The translations under genes were made by a program, and so were the position numbers. A stretch of 63,761 bases of DNA, filler included, from Intoshia linei (Eukaryota > Animalia > Orthonectida), in the NCBI GenBank assembly GCA_001642005.1. It is 13 parts of 13 records of this genome, joined end to end, with 100 filler letters (N's around TTAATTAATTAA, not from the genome) between each part and the next. Parts side by side here need not be neighbours in the genome. Positions count along the whole stretch, not along the records: positions 34,755 to 40,082 come from LWCA01001798.1; positions 40,183 to 47,552 come from LWCA01001562.1; positions 47,653 to 49,827 come from LWCA01002376.1; 10 more parts are not named here. One strand, given 5' to 3'. Each line of letters opens with the position of its first letter. Position 1 is the stretch's first letter. Positions 34,871 through 48,300 of this stretch are shown piece by piece. The notes below the pieces were generated by a model that did no database searches, was not told where the DNA came from, and saw only the letters and a list, made by a program, of their open reading frames with translations.

Positions 34871-36390
34871 GCAACGTCAAAAAATATCACTTTTACGATG
34901 AAAACCCCAGATTACCTATTTTTTAAAAATGAAAACAGCCCTAGAATTTTAAAAAAAATTTGAGATAAAATCTAATTTTCTAAAAATTGTATTAGAAATT
35001 CATATTGTTAAAATAATTCAAAATTCTAAACATCTCACTTTCGTAAATAAACTGGAACAAACAATATTAAAACTGGAACATCTTTAAAATTTGTGTAAAA
35101 AAACTAAATAAATCTAGATTTTAAGATATTTATGACGATTTTTACGATTTTACTGTTTTGACTTTATTTTTAAGATTATACAATTATTCTCTCTAATAAA
35201 TAAACTCTAGGTTAAATTTTCTTATTACATTTATTTTTCTGGTAGAATAATAATGTCCGCCCTTGGCAGAGCTAGGATGCTGTTTGTACTAAGTACATAA
35301 CAGTCAACCTAGTATATAATACAAGTACATGTAGGATACAGTAGAAACTCTATATTAAAGTTTTATTTACAAAATTGACAGATTTATGACTCTACAAATA
35401 ATAAATCTTGTTTTAGTTTTGCTGTAGATTTCTGGGGTTGAAATTTTGTATTTATATCAACTGGAATAAGCTCTATCAGAATAATTTTTTTTTTAAATTT
35501 TCTGACCGTTTATTATTTTATATTTTTTGTTTTAATAAAATATTTCGGAAAAAAAATATATGAATACTAAAATGCTTTATTGACTGTGAAGTCGTCACTT
35601 ATTCGGATTGAAATTTTTTATGTGTGTTAACATGATACAACTCTACCACCGGTAAATTTTTTGAAATTCTAGGGTTGTTTTCAAAAAAAAAAAAGGAAGA
35701 GAATTTGGGGTTTTGGCCATGAAGAAATAATTTTCTTAAATTTAAATTTATGATAATGTTTATGATTTTAAAATTCGCATCAGCGTATATTTTTTAAATT
35801 CTCCAACGCGTTTAATTTTAAAAAAAAGGGACAACAGGGGTTTTTGACCCTTAAGATGTGAAATTGGAATGTTGACATTTATCTTATTATACGTTACGGA
35901 AAAAACTGTAATTGAAATATGGTCTTTAAAAAATTCTAAGAGTACTAGTTATTTCAATAAAGTAGGACACACACACACACAAACAAATTGATAATCATAA
36001 TATTGATGATGATAAACAAAATGATAAATTTTTAGCATAATTTATTCAATTTAATAAAATCTTATGAGAAAAAACCAAAATTTTTTTAACTCTTAAGGAA
36101 AAATGATCTCTGATTCTATATGATCCCAAAATATTAAACCTAATTTTACCAATTTTGCTCTACTGTATAAGTGTAGAAATGTATATTATAAACTTTTTCA
36201 TTTAGTTATTATTTTTTATAGGGCATGTATTAATTCTCTTTATATTTACACGAATTAAATGTTAAATTCAAATGAGTAGTTTTTAACTGGAAATGCAAAG
36301 TAGGGATGACTATATATGTAGTCACTGGGCAGTGCCAGCATGCACTAAGGGGTTAAGAGTGACCTGTATTGTTGATTAAATAATCTAAAT

Positions 36391-36956
36391 TAGTAGTTCT
36401 CAAGGGGGGGGGGGTCCACAGATAAATTGTGGGGCAACGAAAAAAATCCATCACTAGAGTATTTTACAAAACAACGTGACAATTTTAAATCGATTAAAAT
36501 AAACAATATCTTCAATAATGAAGTTATCAAGAAAGATAAAGGTTTAAATAAAGATAACAGCTTCTTATGAAACTTCAAAAATTATAGCAAAAGCTTGTAA
36601 ACCTTACACATTAGGAGAAACTAATTTTACCAACTATTTCTGTAGCTATTTCGACTTTAATAAATAAAAATCCAACTGAATTTACTCGTCAAATGACCCT
36701 GAGTAACTCATGACTGTCAAGACCAGGGGGGGTCAATTATGTCAATTAAATTTTTATTTTTTATAACAATTTTTTACACATATTTCTTATTTTACAGTTT
36801 TTTTAATCGAAAAAATTATAATCAAAAATTTTATAAAACAATACAAGCATCGATTTATAATGTAGCGTACGACTAAGATTTTTTTATAATAAAGGGTCCA
36901 CCAATAATATAAAATAGCTAAAGGGTCCATGTACTGAAAAAGGTTGAGAACCACTG
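36391..36956 (+). mobile_element. Internally deleted hAT Buster element
   Basis: TIR TAGTAGTTCTCAA...TTGAGAACCACTG with a perfect TSD ATCTAAAT (36383-36390, 36957-36964). Internal ASYETSKIIAKACKPYTLGE/LILP transposase remnant. Confidence 0.88.
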
Positions 36957-38189
36957 ATCTAAATAATGAATATTTATGATATAAATACTTTTGTTAATTT
37001 CATAAAAAATTGCCTTTCCACAACACCCTTCCATCATTGAAAACCTGCTTTGTACATTGTACATAACATGTAAATCGAAAAGATGTTATTTGTCGTGGTA
37101 TAATAATCTATGATTAAAAGCGAGAAAAGCCTTACAAAATTTATAAAAAGTGTATAAATATTGTACAATTGTTTTCTAAAAATCGGTTATTATCACCACC
37201 TGAACTCTCTCAAGTACACGCAAGTTTGTTTATGTCATACTGTAGTATTTAAATAGATAAATTATGAGTATAAAATATTGGATTTTATTAATGTATTGAT
37301 TTAAATATAATTAACGTGTTCAAAATTGTTAAATTAATTTTATATGCAACCCAATATAATATTAAAAAATTTTTTGTACAATACAACCAAACATAAATTA
37401 TTCAAAATGATTAATTAATATACAAAAAGGTATACATAAAATCTTAATTATGACCCAAATTTAACATCAAAGCATATTTTTAGATTCGCTAGTTATCTAA
37501 ACATTATTATTTTATTTCTATTGTAAAACAAGTTAATAAAACTTAATTAATTAATTTCAATATTTACACGTTTATACAGTGTCGAATAGACATAATTTTA
37601 TTAATTACAAATAATAATAATTTCATGCATTGTTCCATAAAGTTAATTAAATTGAAGGTATATTAAATTGGAACATAAACAAAAATACATAAATTAAGTA
37701 TATTCGAATAGAGTTAGATTATACTGTTAAATCAAATTTAATGACCTTATTATGTTATTGATACACACTAAAATGTCTGAATATTAAAATATAGTAAATA
37801 GCAGTATAATAATCCTCAATTAACTAAAATATTTGAATAATGAGAAAACGTGAACAAATACAAAATAGAAAAACTGAATTTATACAGTAATTATTCAAAA
37901 GTGACTTACATGGATTTTGAAATATATATCGATCTGCTTTATAATGAATTACATTCAGTGCGCTTACAATGCCAATCTGATCAATACAAGTAAGTGCTTC
38001 AATATCAAGGCAATAAACACAATTTTACATAAAGCAGATCATATATTGCAGTGAATATTGCTATCATATTGATATTTCAAATAGTTATTGTATCGATTTT
38101 TTTACAATCACATGTAAAAAGATTTATTTCCAGGCACATTCTGTATAGACTAAACATTTCACAAATATTTTGGGTACGAATCAGTTTTA

Positions 38190-38441
38190 ATGGAAAAAAA
38201 TAAAGGAAAAACAAAAACAAAAACAAAAAATAGTAAGAAACTCACAATTAAAGGGGACACCAAAATTGAATCTGATAATTCAGTAATCAACAATGTTATC
38301 TATGAAGACATTACCAAAGATTTTCCCTCTCAGGCCAACTTATCGCCTATTAATGATAATTATCCACAACAATTGCGTATGCAGCCCTTTTCACCTCAAC
38401 CTCATAGAAGGTCACTTATGATGGTTATTTTTATTAATTAG
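38190..38441 (+). CDS. Hypothetical short K/P/Q-rich protein or exon
   Basis: An 83-aa ATG-initiated ORF with a possible donor at ~38411. No homology recognised. Confidence 0.3.
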   Translation: MEKNKGKTKTKTKNSKKLTIKGDTKIESDNSVINNVIYEDITKDFPSQANLSPINDNYPQQLRMQPFSPQPHRRSLMMVIFIN

Positions 38442-40182
38442 CTTGTTTCTTTGAATAGATTATTCATATACATTTGTAAGGCGTATAATTAAAAATGTAA
38501 TATTTATCATATAAATGCAATAAATATCTGTAATATGTATAATGATTCATTTTGTATTGTAAAATATACAACGTACTCAGTATATAGTAGCGCAGTCTTG
38601 TCAAATTTTACGTTTTCACTACGTCAGCGGTAGATTGAGGTAGTAAAGGTATAATAAAATGGTCCGTGCGGATTTTACAAACTTAATCGTTTATGGTTTG
38701 TTTGCAGTTTTTAAAAATGTGTATGCCTGTGTGTAACCATTTATTTAGAAACAGATATTTCCAGATATTTATAAAACATAAATTCCAAGTGATTTTCCGT
38801 CGCAGAACCTAAAAAAAAATTTGATTCATAGAAATAAAAAATATTTATCTTTTCAGTACGAAACCCAAATTACCTCATTATTTGAAAATAAAATAACTAA
38901 GAAACCGTGAATTTTAGAAAACACAAATTCTATATAGTGGTTTTTCAAGGTTACTGCGGTTTCATAAATTTTATTATAATAATTATCAGATACATAGTAT
39001 TTGCATATTCACAGTCAGAATGCCCAAAAGTGTGGTGATAAAAATGTGGAATGCATAGACTTCTGAAGTTGAAATTTTGTATTTATATCAAATGGAATAA
39101 GCTCTATCAGAACAATCTTTTTTTTAAATTTTCGAACTGTTAATTATTTCACATTTTTTATTTTAATAAAATAGTTTAGAAATAAAAAAAAAATGAATAT
39201 TAAAGTACCTTTTTGGGTTTTGAAGGCGTCACTTATTCAAATTGAAAATTTGAGATTTTGTATAGATAGATTAGATATTCAGATTTTGTGTGTCTTAACA
39301 GGATACAACTGTACCATCTTTAATTTTATTTAAATTATAGAGCTGTTTTCATTTTAAAAGAAATGGTAATGGGAGTTTATATCGTGAAAATTTTTTTTTA
39401 AGGTTTCCATTTATGATAATGTTTATGATTATAAAAACTATTTCAGAATATATGTTTAAAAAAATTTTAAAACATTTATTTTTAAAACAAAGGGTAATTT
39501 GTGGTTTTGACCATGAAAGTATGCGTTTCTGAGGCTGAGATTAACAAAAATGTTAATGATTTTAAAACGTTTCAGAATGTTGTTTATTAAATTTTTGGGT
39601 TGATTTTGGGTTGATTTGTTTTTAAATAATAGGGGAAATTGGGTGTTTGACGGTGATGGATTCAAATTCTAAAACTGAAAAATTGACAAAAACACGTCAT
39701 GTGAAATACGGTCGTATTAGATATTGGGTTTTTTTAAATTCTGTGACTGTCAATTTTTTCAATAAATGGTTACACACACAGACATTCACTTTTATATAAG
39801 TAAAGGATTATAACAAATTCGTACCTAATGTGAAAATTTTGACTAAACCTTTAAATGTAACTTTTTACATACTGAAAAAGTTTAGATACTAATTTCTCAA
39901 TTTTTTTTCACAAAAAATATTTAGTATATTCTGGGGCTATGAAAAATTTTTGCAATAGAATTTTGATTCTGATTCAGAGATTCAGAGTTTGTTAATTTTT
40001 TAATTTTTTTTATTCGTAAATAATTATAATTATGTATTATTTAATGTTAATATTTCAATTCATTTTAAAAGTAAACTTCAAANNNNNNNNNNNNNNNNNN
40101 NNNNNNNNNNNNNNNNNNNNNNNNNNTTAATTAATTAANNNNNNNNNNNNNNNNNNNNNNNNNNNNNNNNNNNNNNNNNNNN

Positions 40183-40386
40183 ATGAATAATTTAGATTCA
40201 AACAAATCCCCAATATTATATCATTCTTTAAGGAACGCTCCTTCTACATCTGTCAACGTAGAAAGAAGTTTTAGTCTGTTAAAAAAAATGGTAACTAAAC
40301 AGAGACCATTAGCTCCTGAAAATATCAAAAAATACATAATTTTGTATCACAACAATAAATACTCTATTAATTATCCATTTGCATAG
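40183..40386 (+). mobile_element. hAT-like transposase C-terminal (dimerisation) fragment
   Basis: APSTSVNVERSFSLLK...QRPLAPENIK; adjacent to a gap. Confidence 0.75.
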
Positions 40387-43300
40387 TTTAATTTTTTTCA
40401 TTTAAATTAATATTTGGTATTTCGAATATATCTCAATATTGAGTATGAAGGACATTCTTGAAGGTAAACAGTAGAAAGTTATTTTTTTTGAGAAAAAAAA
40501 TTTCAGTAAATATTTTGATTTTTCAAATGGTACGAAATAAAAATAGATAAAAAATATTTGAAAAAAAATAAAAACTAATCGATTGAAGTTAACAAGATTC
40601 AAATTAGAGTTGTATAAAAAAAAAATTTTAAAGTTACTATAAATCAGTCGTTACATTATTTTTTTTATTTTATAGGTTATTTAAAAAATTGCCCTTCTTA
40701 TTAATATATATCATATATTACTATTATATCATTACTACTACTATTTTAAGTGGGTTAACGATGTTAGAAAACGAATGATTGACCATCAAATTGTTTATTT
40801 AATCAGTTGATTGTAAATTAGAAGAAATTGACAGTGTCTAAACTCAAAAATTGAAAATTTTTTATTCATCATATGTCATTTTGTATGTAACTGAGATAAT
40901 GTCAGTATTTTAATTTTAAGTTACTTATCTCAGTAAATGTATATAACAAAAATCATTCAAAATCAGAATAATCCCAAAAATAAATTCTATTAGATTTTAT
41001 AATCCGTACATATGATCCCTAAACGGGTATCGTAAATGGCATCAAAGAATATTCCATCAGAGAAATTTAAGTTTATCTACAATAATAATATATAAAATGT
41101 ATATTTATTTGAATTAACAAAATTAGACACATTAACATAATCGCATTGCGAACACGATGATGCGATTTAACATTACTTATTCATGTAATGATCATGAGGG
41201 AACCCTCCATCCCTAAATTTCTTTTATCTGAATAATATAATGTTATATATTTTCGGTTTAATTTCAATTACATTTTTTTCCGGGATGTTAGCAAAATCAA
41301 TTTAAATCTCCCGAACTCTCATCTTACGGTTCAAAAACCCAAATTGTCCTTTTTTTTGAAAATCAAACCAGTTGGAGAATTTAACATAATAGTTTTTATA
41401 ATTTTATTTTGCTGAAATTTATGCTATTTATGATAATTTTTAGGATTGGACTGTTTTTACTTTATTTTTAATATTATACACACATTTTGTCTAATAAAAT
41501 TGGACTGTTTTTACTTTATTTTTAATATTATACACACATTCTGTCTAATAAAATTAAAAAGATGATATAACAATTGTTTTTAAAATTCATTACGCAAATG
41601 TTAACAAAAAAAATTAAGATGGAATAATTTACTTTAAAGTAAAAAAAGTCATGCGATATGATGGTTCCACCTGTAACAAGTTTGTGAACCACTCCTTTAA
41701 AGGATTGATAATAGTGAATGGTAGGATTTTTAAGTTAGATTTTCCACGTGAATTTTTTTTTGGTATAATAAAAATGTGCCCTCGGCAAAGCTAGGTACTG
41801 TTTGTACTTAGTACATAACAGTCAACCTAGTATAATATTAAATAATAAAATTTAGATAAACGGTAACACTGACACATTATGTATAATATATAGTATATAT
41901 GTATGTAATATTTTTATAAATTGTCTATCTTTTTCTATTCATACATCGTATATCATATATCGACAATCTGGACAGCCTAACTTAATCCGATATTTTTTTA
42001 AAAAGCTCCAAAATATTTATTTATTTCACAAGTGAGTCCTGAAGTAAAAAAAATAAAGAAACTCTGAATTATACTGTTATTTAATTTTTAGTAAAATAAT
42101 TCAATTAAATATAGACTCAACCAAACATTCAACCCAGAACTGATAATTGCAGTATAATATTATTCATATATAATATATACCAGGAGTGATCCCATGATTG
42201 ACTGCTCTAGCTTATTACCAATTTAATTGGTTTAATTTGGACTTGAGTTTTTCGAGAAAAATTTAAAGTTAATACATTGTCAATGTTTATCAAATATTTT
42301 TGTCTGGAAAAAACTTAGTAAAATTTTTTTAATCATTAAAAAAATATACACAATATTAAACCCAAAATATATTAACTAAATTTTTGACGATATAATAGTT
42401 ACTTGAAATATTAAATAACATTACATGTACCATATTCCAAAACTTAATGAGCAATGATGAGAAAACGAACATAAAATTTTATAATTTAAAAGCTGTGCAG
42501 AAATTGTGGGATTTACCTTAAATATACTTTATAAAATAATATATATTCATATTTTTAGAATGTAATAATCAAAATTAAAAATCGAATAAAATGCAAAATA
42601 TATTGTACCCCTTATAAATAAATAATTCCTTTCTAATCTTATAACTATCTTGACTGTTATGTACTTTATACAAACAGTAGATAGCTCTGCCGCGGGTCGA
42701 GTTTTTAATGTTAACACCGATTTTTTAATATATTAGAAAATAAGCGTATAATCTTAAAAACAATAAGTTATAGTTACCCTAAAAATCGTCATAAAAAAAC
42801 GTAAATACCAGAAAAAATAAAAATACCTGTAGTATATTTTTTTCTATTATGCATTTCAGATGAAGAGTGGTCAATTCACATCAAATAAACATATAATTAC
42901 TCACAAATAATTTTATTTTATTAATATTTGTGTAAAAACTCGAAAATAACAATTTGGCTATGGCATTTTTTTAATTTATCAGAAAATATTCTCAAATATT
43001 AAGTAAAAACAGTAAAATCCAAAAAAATCGTTATAAATAGCGTGAATTTTATAAAAAAAAAAATTGTAAATTTACACATATTTATATGACAATTAATTTT
43101 CATATTGGAGGCCAGGGCACGGAGAGCCAGTAGTATATAGTAGTAGGGTATACACCCGGTCCAAATGGAAATTGTAGAACCTATAAATTTTTTTTAAAAA
43201 AATAGAATCTATATTATATATAAGTTGCTTAATCGACCGTTCATTATCTAAAAATTAAAAATCGCAATATAGAACATTTTATTATGCGATAATTTTGGTA

Positions 43301-43644
43301 TACTTATTTTCCAACACTATGTATTAATAAATTAAAAAACTAATCCACTCAAGATTTTATACATGGGCCATATGGCCTCCTAGCCACCTTTCTATTGAAG
43401 TGTACGAGGTCAGTGAATTTATATTTTTTAAAGTAAAATATTTACTTATAATTTTGAATAAATGTAAGTATTAATAATATAATAAATTTGTAAATGTAAT
43501 ACATTGTGTTGATAATAATACATAATACATAGTTCATATTGTAACTAACTATTAGATGTAAAAGTGCACGATAAACTGACTCAATTTTTCAATTACGTGT
43601 CGCCAGGTTAATTTTTAAAATTTAATACATATACAATGAAATGG

Positions 43645-46600
43645 TCATCTTTTTTCAGAAAAGAATCGAGATCTACCCCTAAAATAAAACGTAAATTTGA
43701 TGCAAAATAAAATTACTTTGTGAGAAATTCATTAAAAAGTTGGTTTGATATGATTCGTTTATAATAAAGATTTCGTAATAAATATACAAGTTTGTTAAGA
43801 ATGGCAGGTGAAATTTGCTTATCTTGAGCATAATATTCATAAGCAGATTGCAGACCCTAGAAAAAAATAACGAATATTAAAATATAAATACAATGCAAAT
43901 TTGAGTATTATTAATAATCAATTGTCTGCTTGCTTCATGTAAAAGATATATGCTGTTTAGTATAACTTTGGAATAATTGCTGTCTATAGATAGTCTGGTG
44001 ATCTATTAAAAAGAAAATACATGGTTGTAAAGAAAGTATTTTTACCTCAAAAACAAAAATGTGTAAATAATGGGGAACGCGCATATCACGGATAAATTGA
44101 AAAATTTCGGTTATTGTATTGTATCGGTAAATAAATGATTGTGCAATATTAATGAGCTCCGTTTTAAGCTCACTGTTTTTCATAAAACTCCCAGTTATAC
44201 CCCATATACAATGCTTCAAATTGTGAGTGGTTTTAGAAGCTATCATCAATTTCTCATAGTAATCTTTAAATTTTCTAAAATTGTATTATTAAATTTTATG
44301 TGAGCGGTCGATGTGTATAGTTCAATTTATACCAACACTAAGAAAAATCAATATTAACCAAACCGTGATAGGAAATGGCAACATCTCTATATAAAAGGAA
44401 AATACTTTTGACTATAACATGGTTTCTCAACCTGGGGATTTTTTACATTAGGGTAGTGCTTACTCTCGAGAATTTTCGAGAAATTGCAAGCACTAATTTA
44501 GGGGTGGGCGATTTGTTTTCAGAATAAACTTATTTTCTAATTGATATTATAATTTCATTCATGAAATGACACTTCAAATTGTATAAATTGTTATAGCCAA
44601 GCGATTAAAATGTAAAATGCAGTGGAATCCACTTATAAGAGACACCGGTTATAGGAGACGTCCGGATATAAAAAACAAAAAGCTAGGAACGTAATCAAAC
44701 GCTTGTTTTGTATATAATACACAGATGGATATAAGGTACAAAAATCCGCTTATAGTGGACAGTATATAACAGTATACAAAAGTGCGTTAAAATTTTACAG
44801 CCAAATAAATATTTTTATGATTGTGCGTTTCTATGAAGAATTGTTATAGTAATATGGAATAGTTACACTAAAAATTGATATAGCATATACAGTGGAATCC
44901 CCTTATAAGAGACGTCCGATTATATGGGACAAATTGCTTGGTCCCGATGCGTCTCTTATAAGCGGAGTCCACTGTATAAGAAAAAAATAATAAAAAAAAT
45001 TTTTTTTGAAAGAAAGCTAGATGCGCAAAGTTATTTCTGCAAAGATAAATAAAAATATTATTATTAGTAAATTTAAAAGTCAACCTTAAACAAGCAAAAA
45101 AAAATTTTTCATTATATGTCGCGATAGTTTTAAAAATGTGGAGAATCCCTGGACTACATAATCCTTGTTGAAGCTTAGAAAAATAATCATGTCAAATGAA
45201 ATATTTAATTATAAATAGTATTAAATGTTAGTTATTTGTATTTACATTGACCGGGTTAAAATTTAAAATTCGAACATAAATTACACTAAATAAGCACTTT
45301 CTTTGGATTGAATCGATTCAACATAATCTTTTTCAATTATACCGTCAATTACAGCTCGAGCAACAAATCGGGCAAGTAGCTAAATTTTTTTATTACATGA
45401 TTTACAATATCGTAATTATTATTTACAATAAATTATTTTAGTTTATTTTAGAAAAAAATGGACAATTGGGCAATTTACCTGTGAGATGTGAGCTTGGGAG
45501 GTTACAATTTATCTTACTAACACCCCCGGAAAAAACGGTAATAGAAATATGAACTTTATACTTACTTATATAATATGCTACGCAATATTTGTTTGTGTTA
45601 CCGTCTATTTCAATAACTACCCGTCTTTGAATTTTATAAAGTCCACATTTCAATTACGCTTTTTCCGGAACATGTAAGATAAATTTCAACCTCCCAAACT
45701 CACATCTTACGAGGCAAAAACCCCAATTGTCCTTTTTTTTGAAAATCAAACAAGTTGGAAAATTTAAAAAAATATATACGCTGATACGGATCTTAAAATC
45801 ATGAACATTATCATAAATTTAAATTTAAAAAAATTATATCTTCAGGGCCAAAACCACAAATTACCCTTCTTTTTTTAATGAAAACAGTTAGAATTTAAAA
45901 AAAATTCAGAATTTAAATTTCATTAATGGAACAATCAGTCGAACTATTTTATTTGAAAAAATTGCAAATAGAACATTATATAGAAACTGTTAACATTTAA
46001 CATTTTATTATCAAAATTAATTTTGATCAATTTATATGTATAAATTATAAAATTCGTTACTCATTGTCCATTTTGATTAACATACTTTAAATATCTTTCT
46101 TTTTAGAATCTGTGAGGTTATTTTTAATATAAATTTTTAGGAATTTGATAATTTTTTAAGGAATTATCAAGTCGAGATCTAGTAATTGAACCAGTAAATG
46201 TTCGTTATCTCATAAAATCATACGTTTTCAAGATTGATTTTTTTGATAAACTCTTTTCAAATTGTACAACAAATGACGTATACAATTAAAACATTACGAT
46301 ATATCGCTTTTTAATATATATTGATGTTTGAAAGGTTATAAATCAGTATTCTTTAATGTGATACATCGCCTACCCATTATATTATCAGTTCATTTTTTTT
46401 AAAAAATTTATCCGTATCCCCAGAAGCCAATTGGAAATTAATCGTTACAGATTATACTTACTTATATAAAGTAATTTAGTTAAAAAAACTCAAATGTTAA
46501 CAAAATAAAATTAAGGTGGAATAATTCACTTTAAATTAAAAGGTAATGTGATATGACGGATCCATGTGAAACAAGTTTAGGAACCAATCCTTTAAAGGAT

Positions 46601-47377
46601 TGATAATAGTAAATAGTAGCATTTATAATTAAGATTTTCTTTTTGAATTTATTTTTTTTGTATAATAAAAATCTCCTCCCCAGCAGAGCTAGGTGCTGTT
46701 TGTACGTATTACATAACAGTCAACATATATAATATAAAATTAAATAATTTAAATGTATTTGAAAATGCATATATTAATAACTATCCTAAAAATATACATA
46801 AATGATACATATGTATCATAAACGAATATTAAATGAAACGAAAATTGATAAATGAACGTTTAAACATTTTAAAGGCATGCAATGTTCAATCGAGCGTTAA
46901 AATTCGAAAGTAATAACCTTCATGCTTTCAATTGTTAACAAAATGTGTAAATGGTTTAATTTGTCATTCAAATACATCGATCAATGTCTACAGTATTTTA
47001 TTATAGATATTATATTAGAAAAAATGATAAATGGTGAAAATAATGTAATCCAATAATCTATTTATAAAATAAGTCATTATCATCGAAATAGTACAAAAAT
47101 TGTGACATGCTAAACTAAGAAACAAAAAAGGAAAAACTACCTGAGAAATATGAGGGATATCAAGTGCCATATCGAGAATATCGTGCAACATGTGAGAAAA
47201 TGCATCTCGTACAATACTTTGATCAAATTCAAGAAAATAAGTAGAGTCTACTATCAATTCTTTCAACAAACGACTAGCCAATTCACAGTCTGAATCATGC
47301 CCATTACAAGCACTAAATACAACTTTGATGATAATATCTGTACGGTATTTGGACAAATCAAATCCAGACAAAATTTC
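43645..47377 (-). CDS. PDCD4: Programmed cell death protein 4 (two MA3 domains), 5' exons missing; exons ~47377-47141, 45379-45285, 44274-44046, 44002-43892, 43857-43716, 43678-43645
   Basis: ELASRLLKEL...DAFSHMLHDILDMALDIPHISQ|LLARFVARAVIDG...IWGITG...MRVPHYLHIFVFE...|GRSRFFSEKR*, collinear with PDCD4 including its C-terminal GRKRFVSE motif. Confidence 0.88.
44619..44974. mobile_element. pogo/Tigger-like MITE nested in a probable hAT MITE (~44418-45151) within a PDCD4 intron
   Basis: CAGTGGAATCCACTTATAAGAGAC...GTCTCTTATAAGCGGAGTCCACTG|TA, with a second left-end copy at 44890. Confidence 0.8.
45558..46726 (+). mobile_element. Near-complete non-autonomous Helitron copy in a PDCD4 intron
   Basis: The 5' TACTTACTT...TTTGTTTGTG motif and the family 3' hairpin (ctgtttgtac..acataacag tcaac) are both present. 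Confidence 0.6.
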
Positions 47378-47652
47378 CTAAAATAAAATAAAATTTTAAT
47401 CAAAAAATAGGTTTAAAGTTTTGTTTATAGTATAAACAACGTTATATTATATACAGTATAAAATATACTACACTAGACAACAAAACGAAAACTTTTTTGA
47501 GGATCTGCATGAGACCCATACAAATAAAAAGCTGAAATTTTCCTGATCAACANNNNNNNNNNNNNNNNNNNNNNNNNNNNNNNNNNNNNNNNNNNNTTAA
47601 TTAATTAANNNNNNNNNNNNNNNNNNNNNNNNNNNNNNNNNNNNNNNNNNNN

Positions 47653-48300
47653 ACATTAATTCCTTTTGAAGAAATTCACATTTTTGTTTCCCTTGATGCA
47701 TGTATCAATGCATTATCCTGCTGGAACAAAGTAAATTTATTGATATGAGGTAGTAGATATTGTTCCAAATATCAATGTAACATTTGGAATTTATATTTCG
47801 ATTTACGAAGCATATTCAGCTTTTCCCATTTTTTTCAATAGCTGCCCATATTATAATGCCACCGCCACCACATTGTCGTGACATTCTAAATAGTTTTTCT
47901 TTTCTTAAATCACGCCAATAGTAAGAGAAACCGTCGGGTCTATCTAATTTAAACCTTTTCTCGTCTGAAAAGAAGACACTGGACCAATTCGTAGACATGT
48001 TTAATCTAGCAAAATTTAGCCGACTGTCTTTGTGTCGCTGAGTTAAGTGTGAACTTTTTTTTAATTTATACCTAACAATATTTGAGCTTCTGGATAATTC
48101 TCGTTTAATAGTTCTTACACTGACATTATTTAGATCTGTTTGTGATCTTAAATTACTGGCTGATACTTGGGAATTCGAAGCTGCTCTAATTAATCGCCTC
48201 CTATCTGTCTCATTCAATTTTTTAGGGCGTCCAGGTTTTTTAATATTTGATAGAGATACATCGCTTATTCGATTTTTTATAAAATTTTGAATGCAAGCCC
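47653..48300 (-). mobile_element. Tc1/Tc3-like transposase pseudogene
   Basis: PGRPKKL...WSSVFFSDEKRFKLDRPDG...YWRDLRKE...GGGGIIIWAA...FQQDNALIH, with stops and a frameshift. Candidate terminus TA|CACTAG at 47471. Confidence 0.92.
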
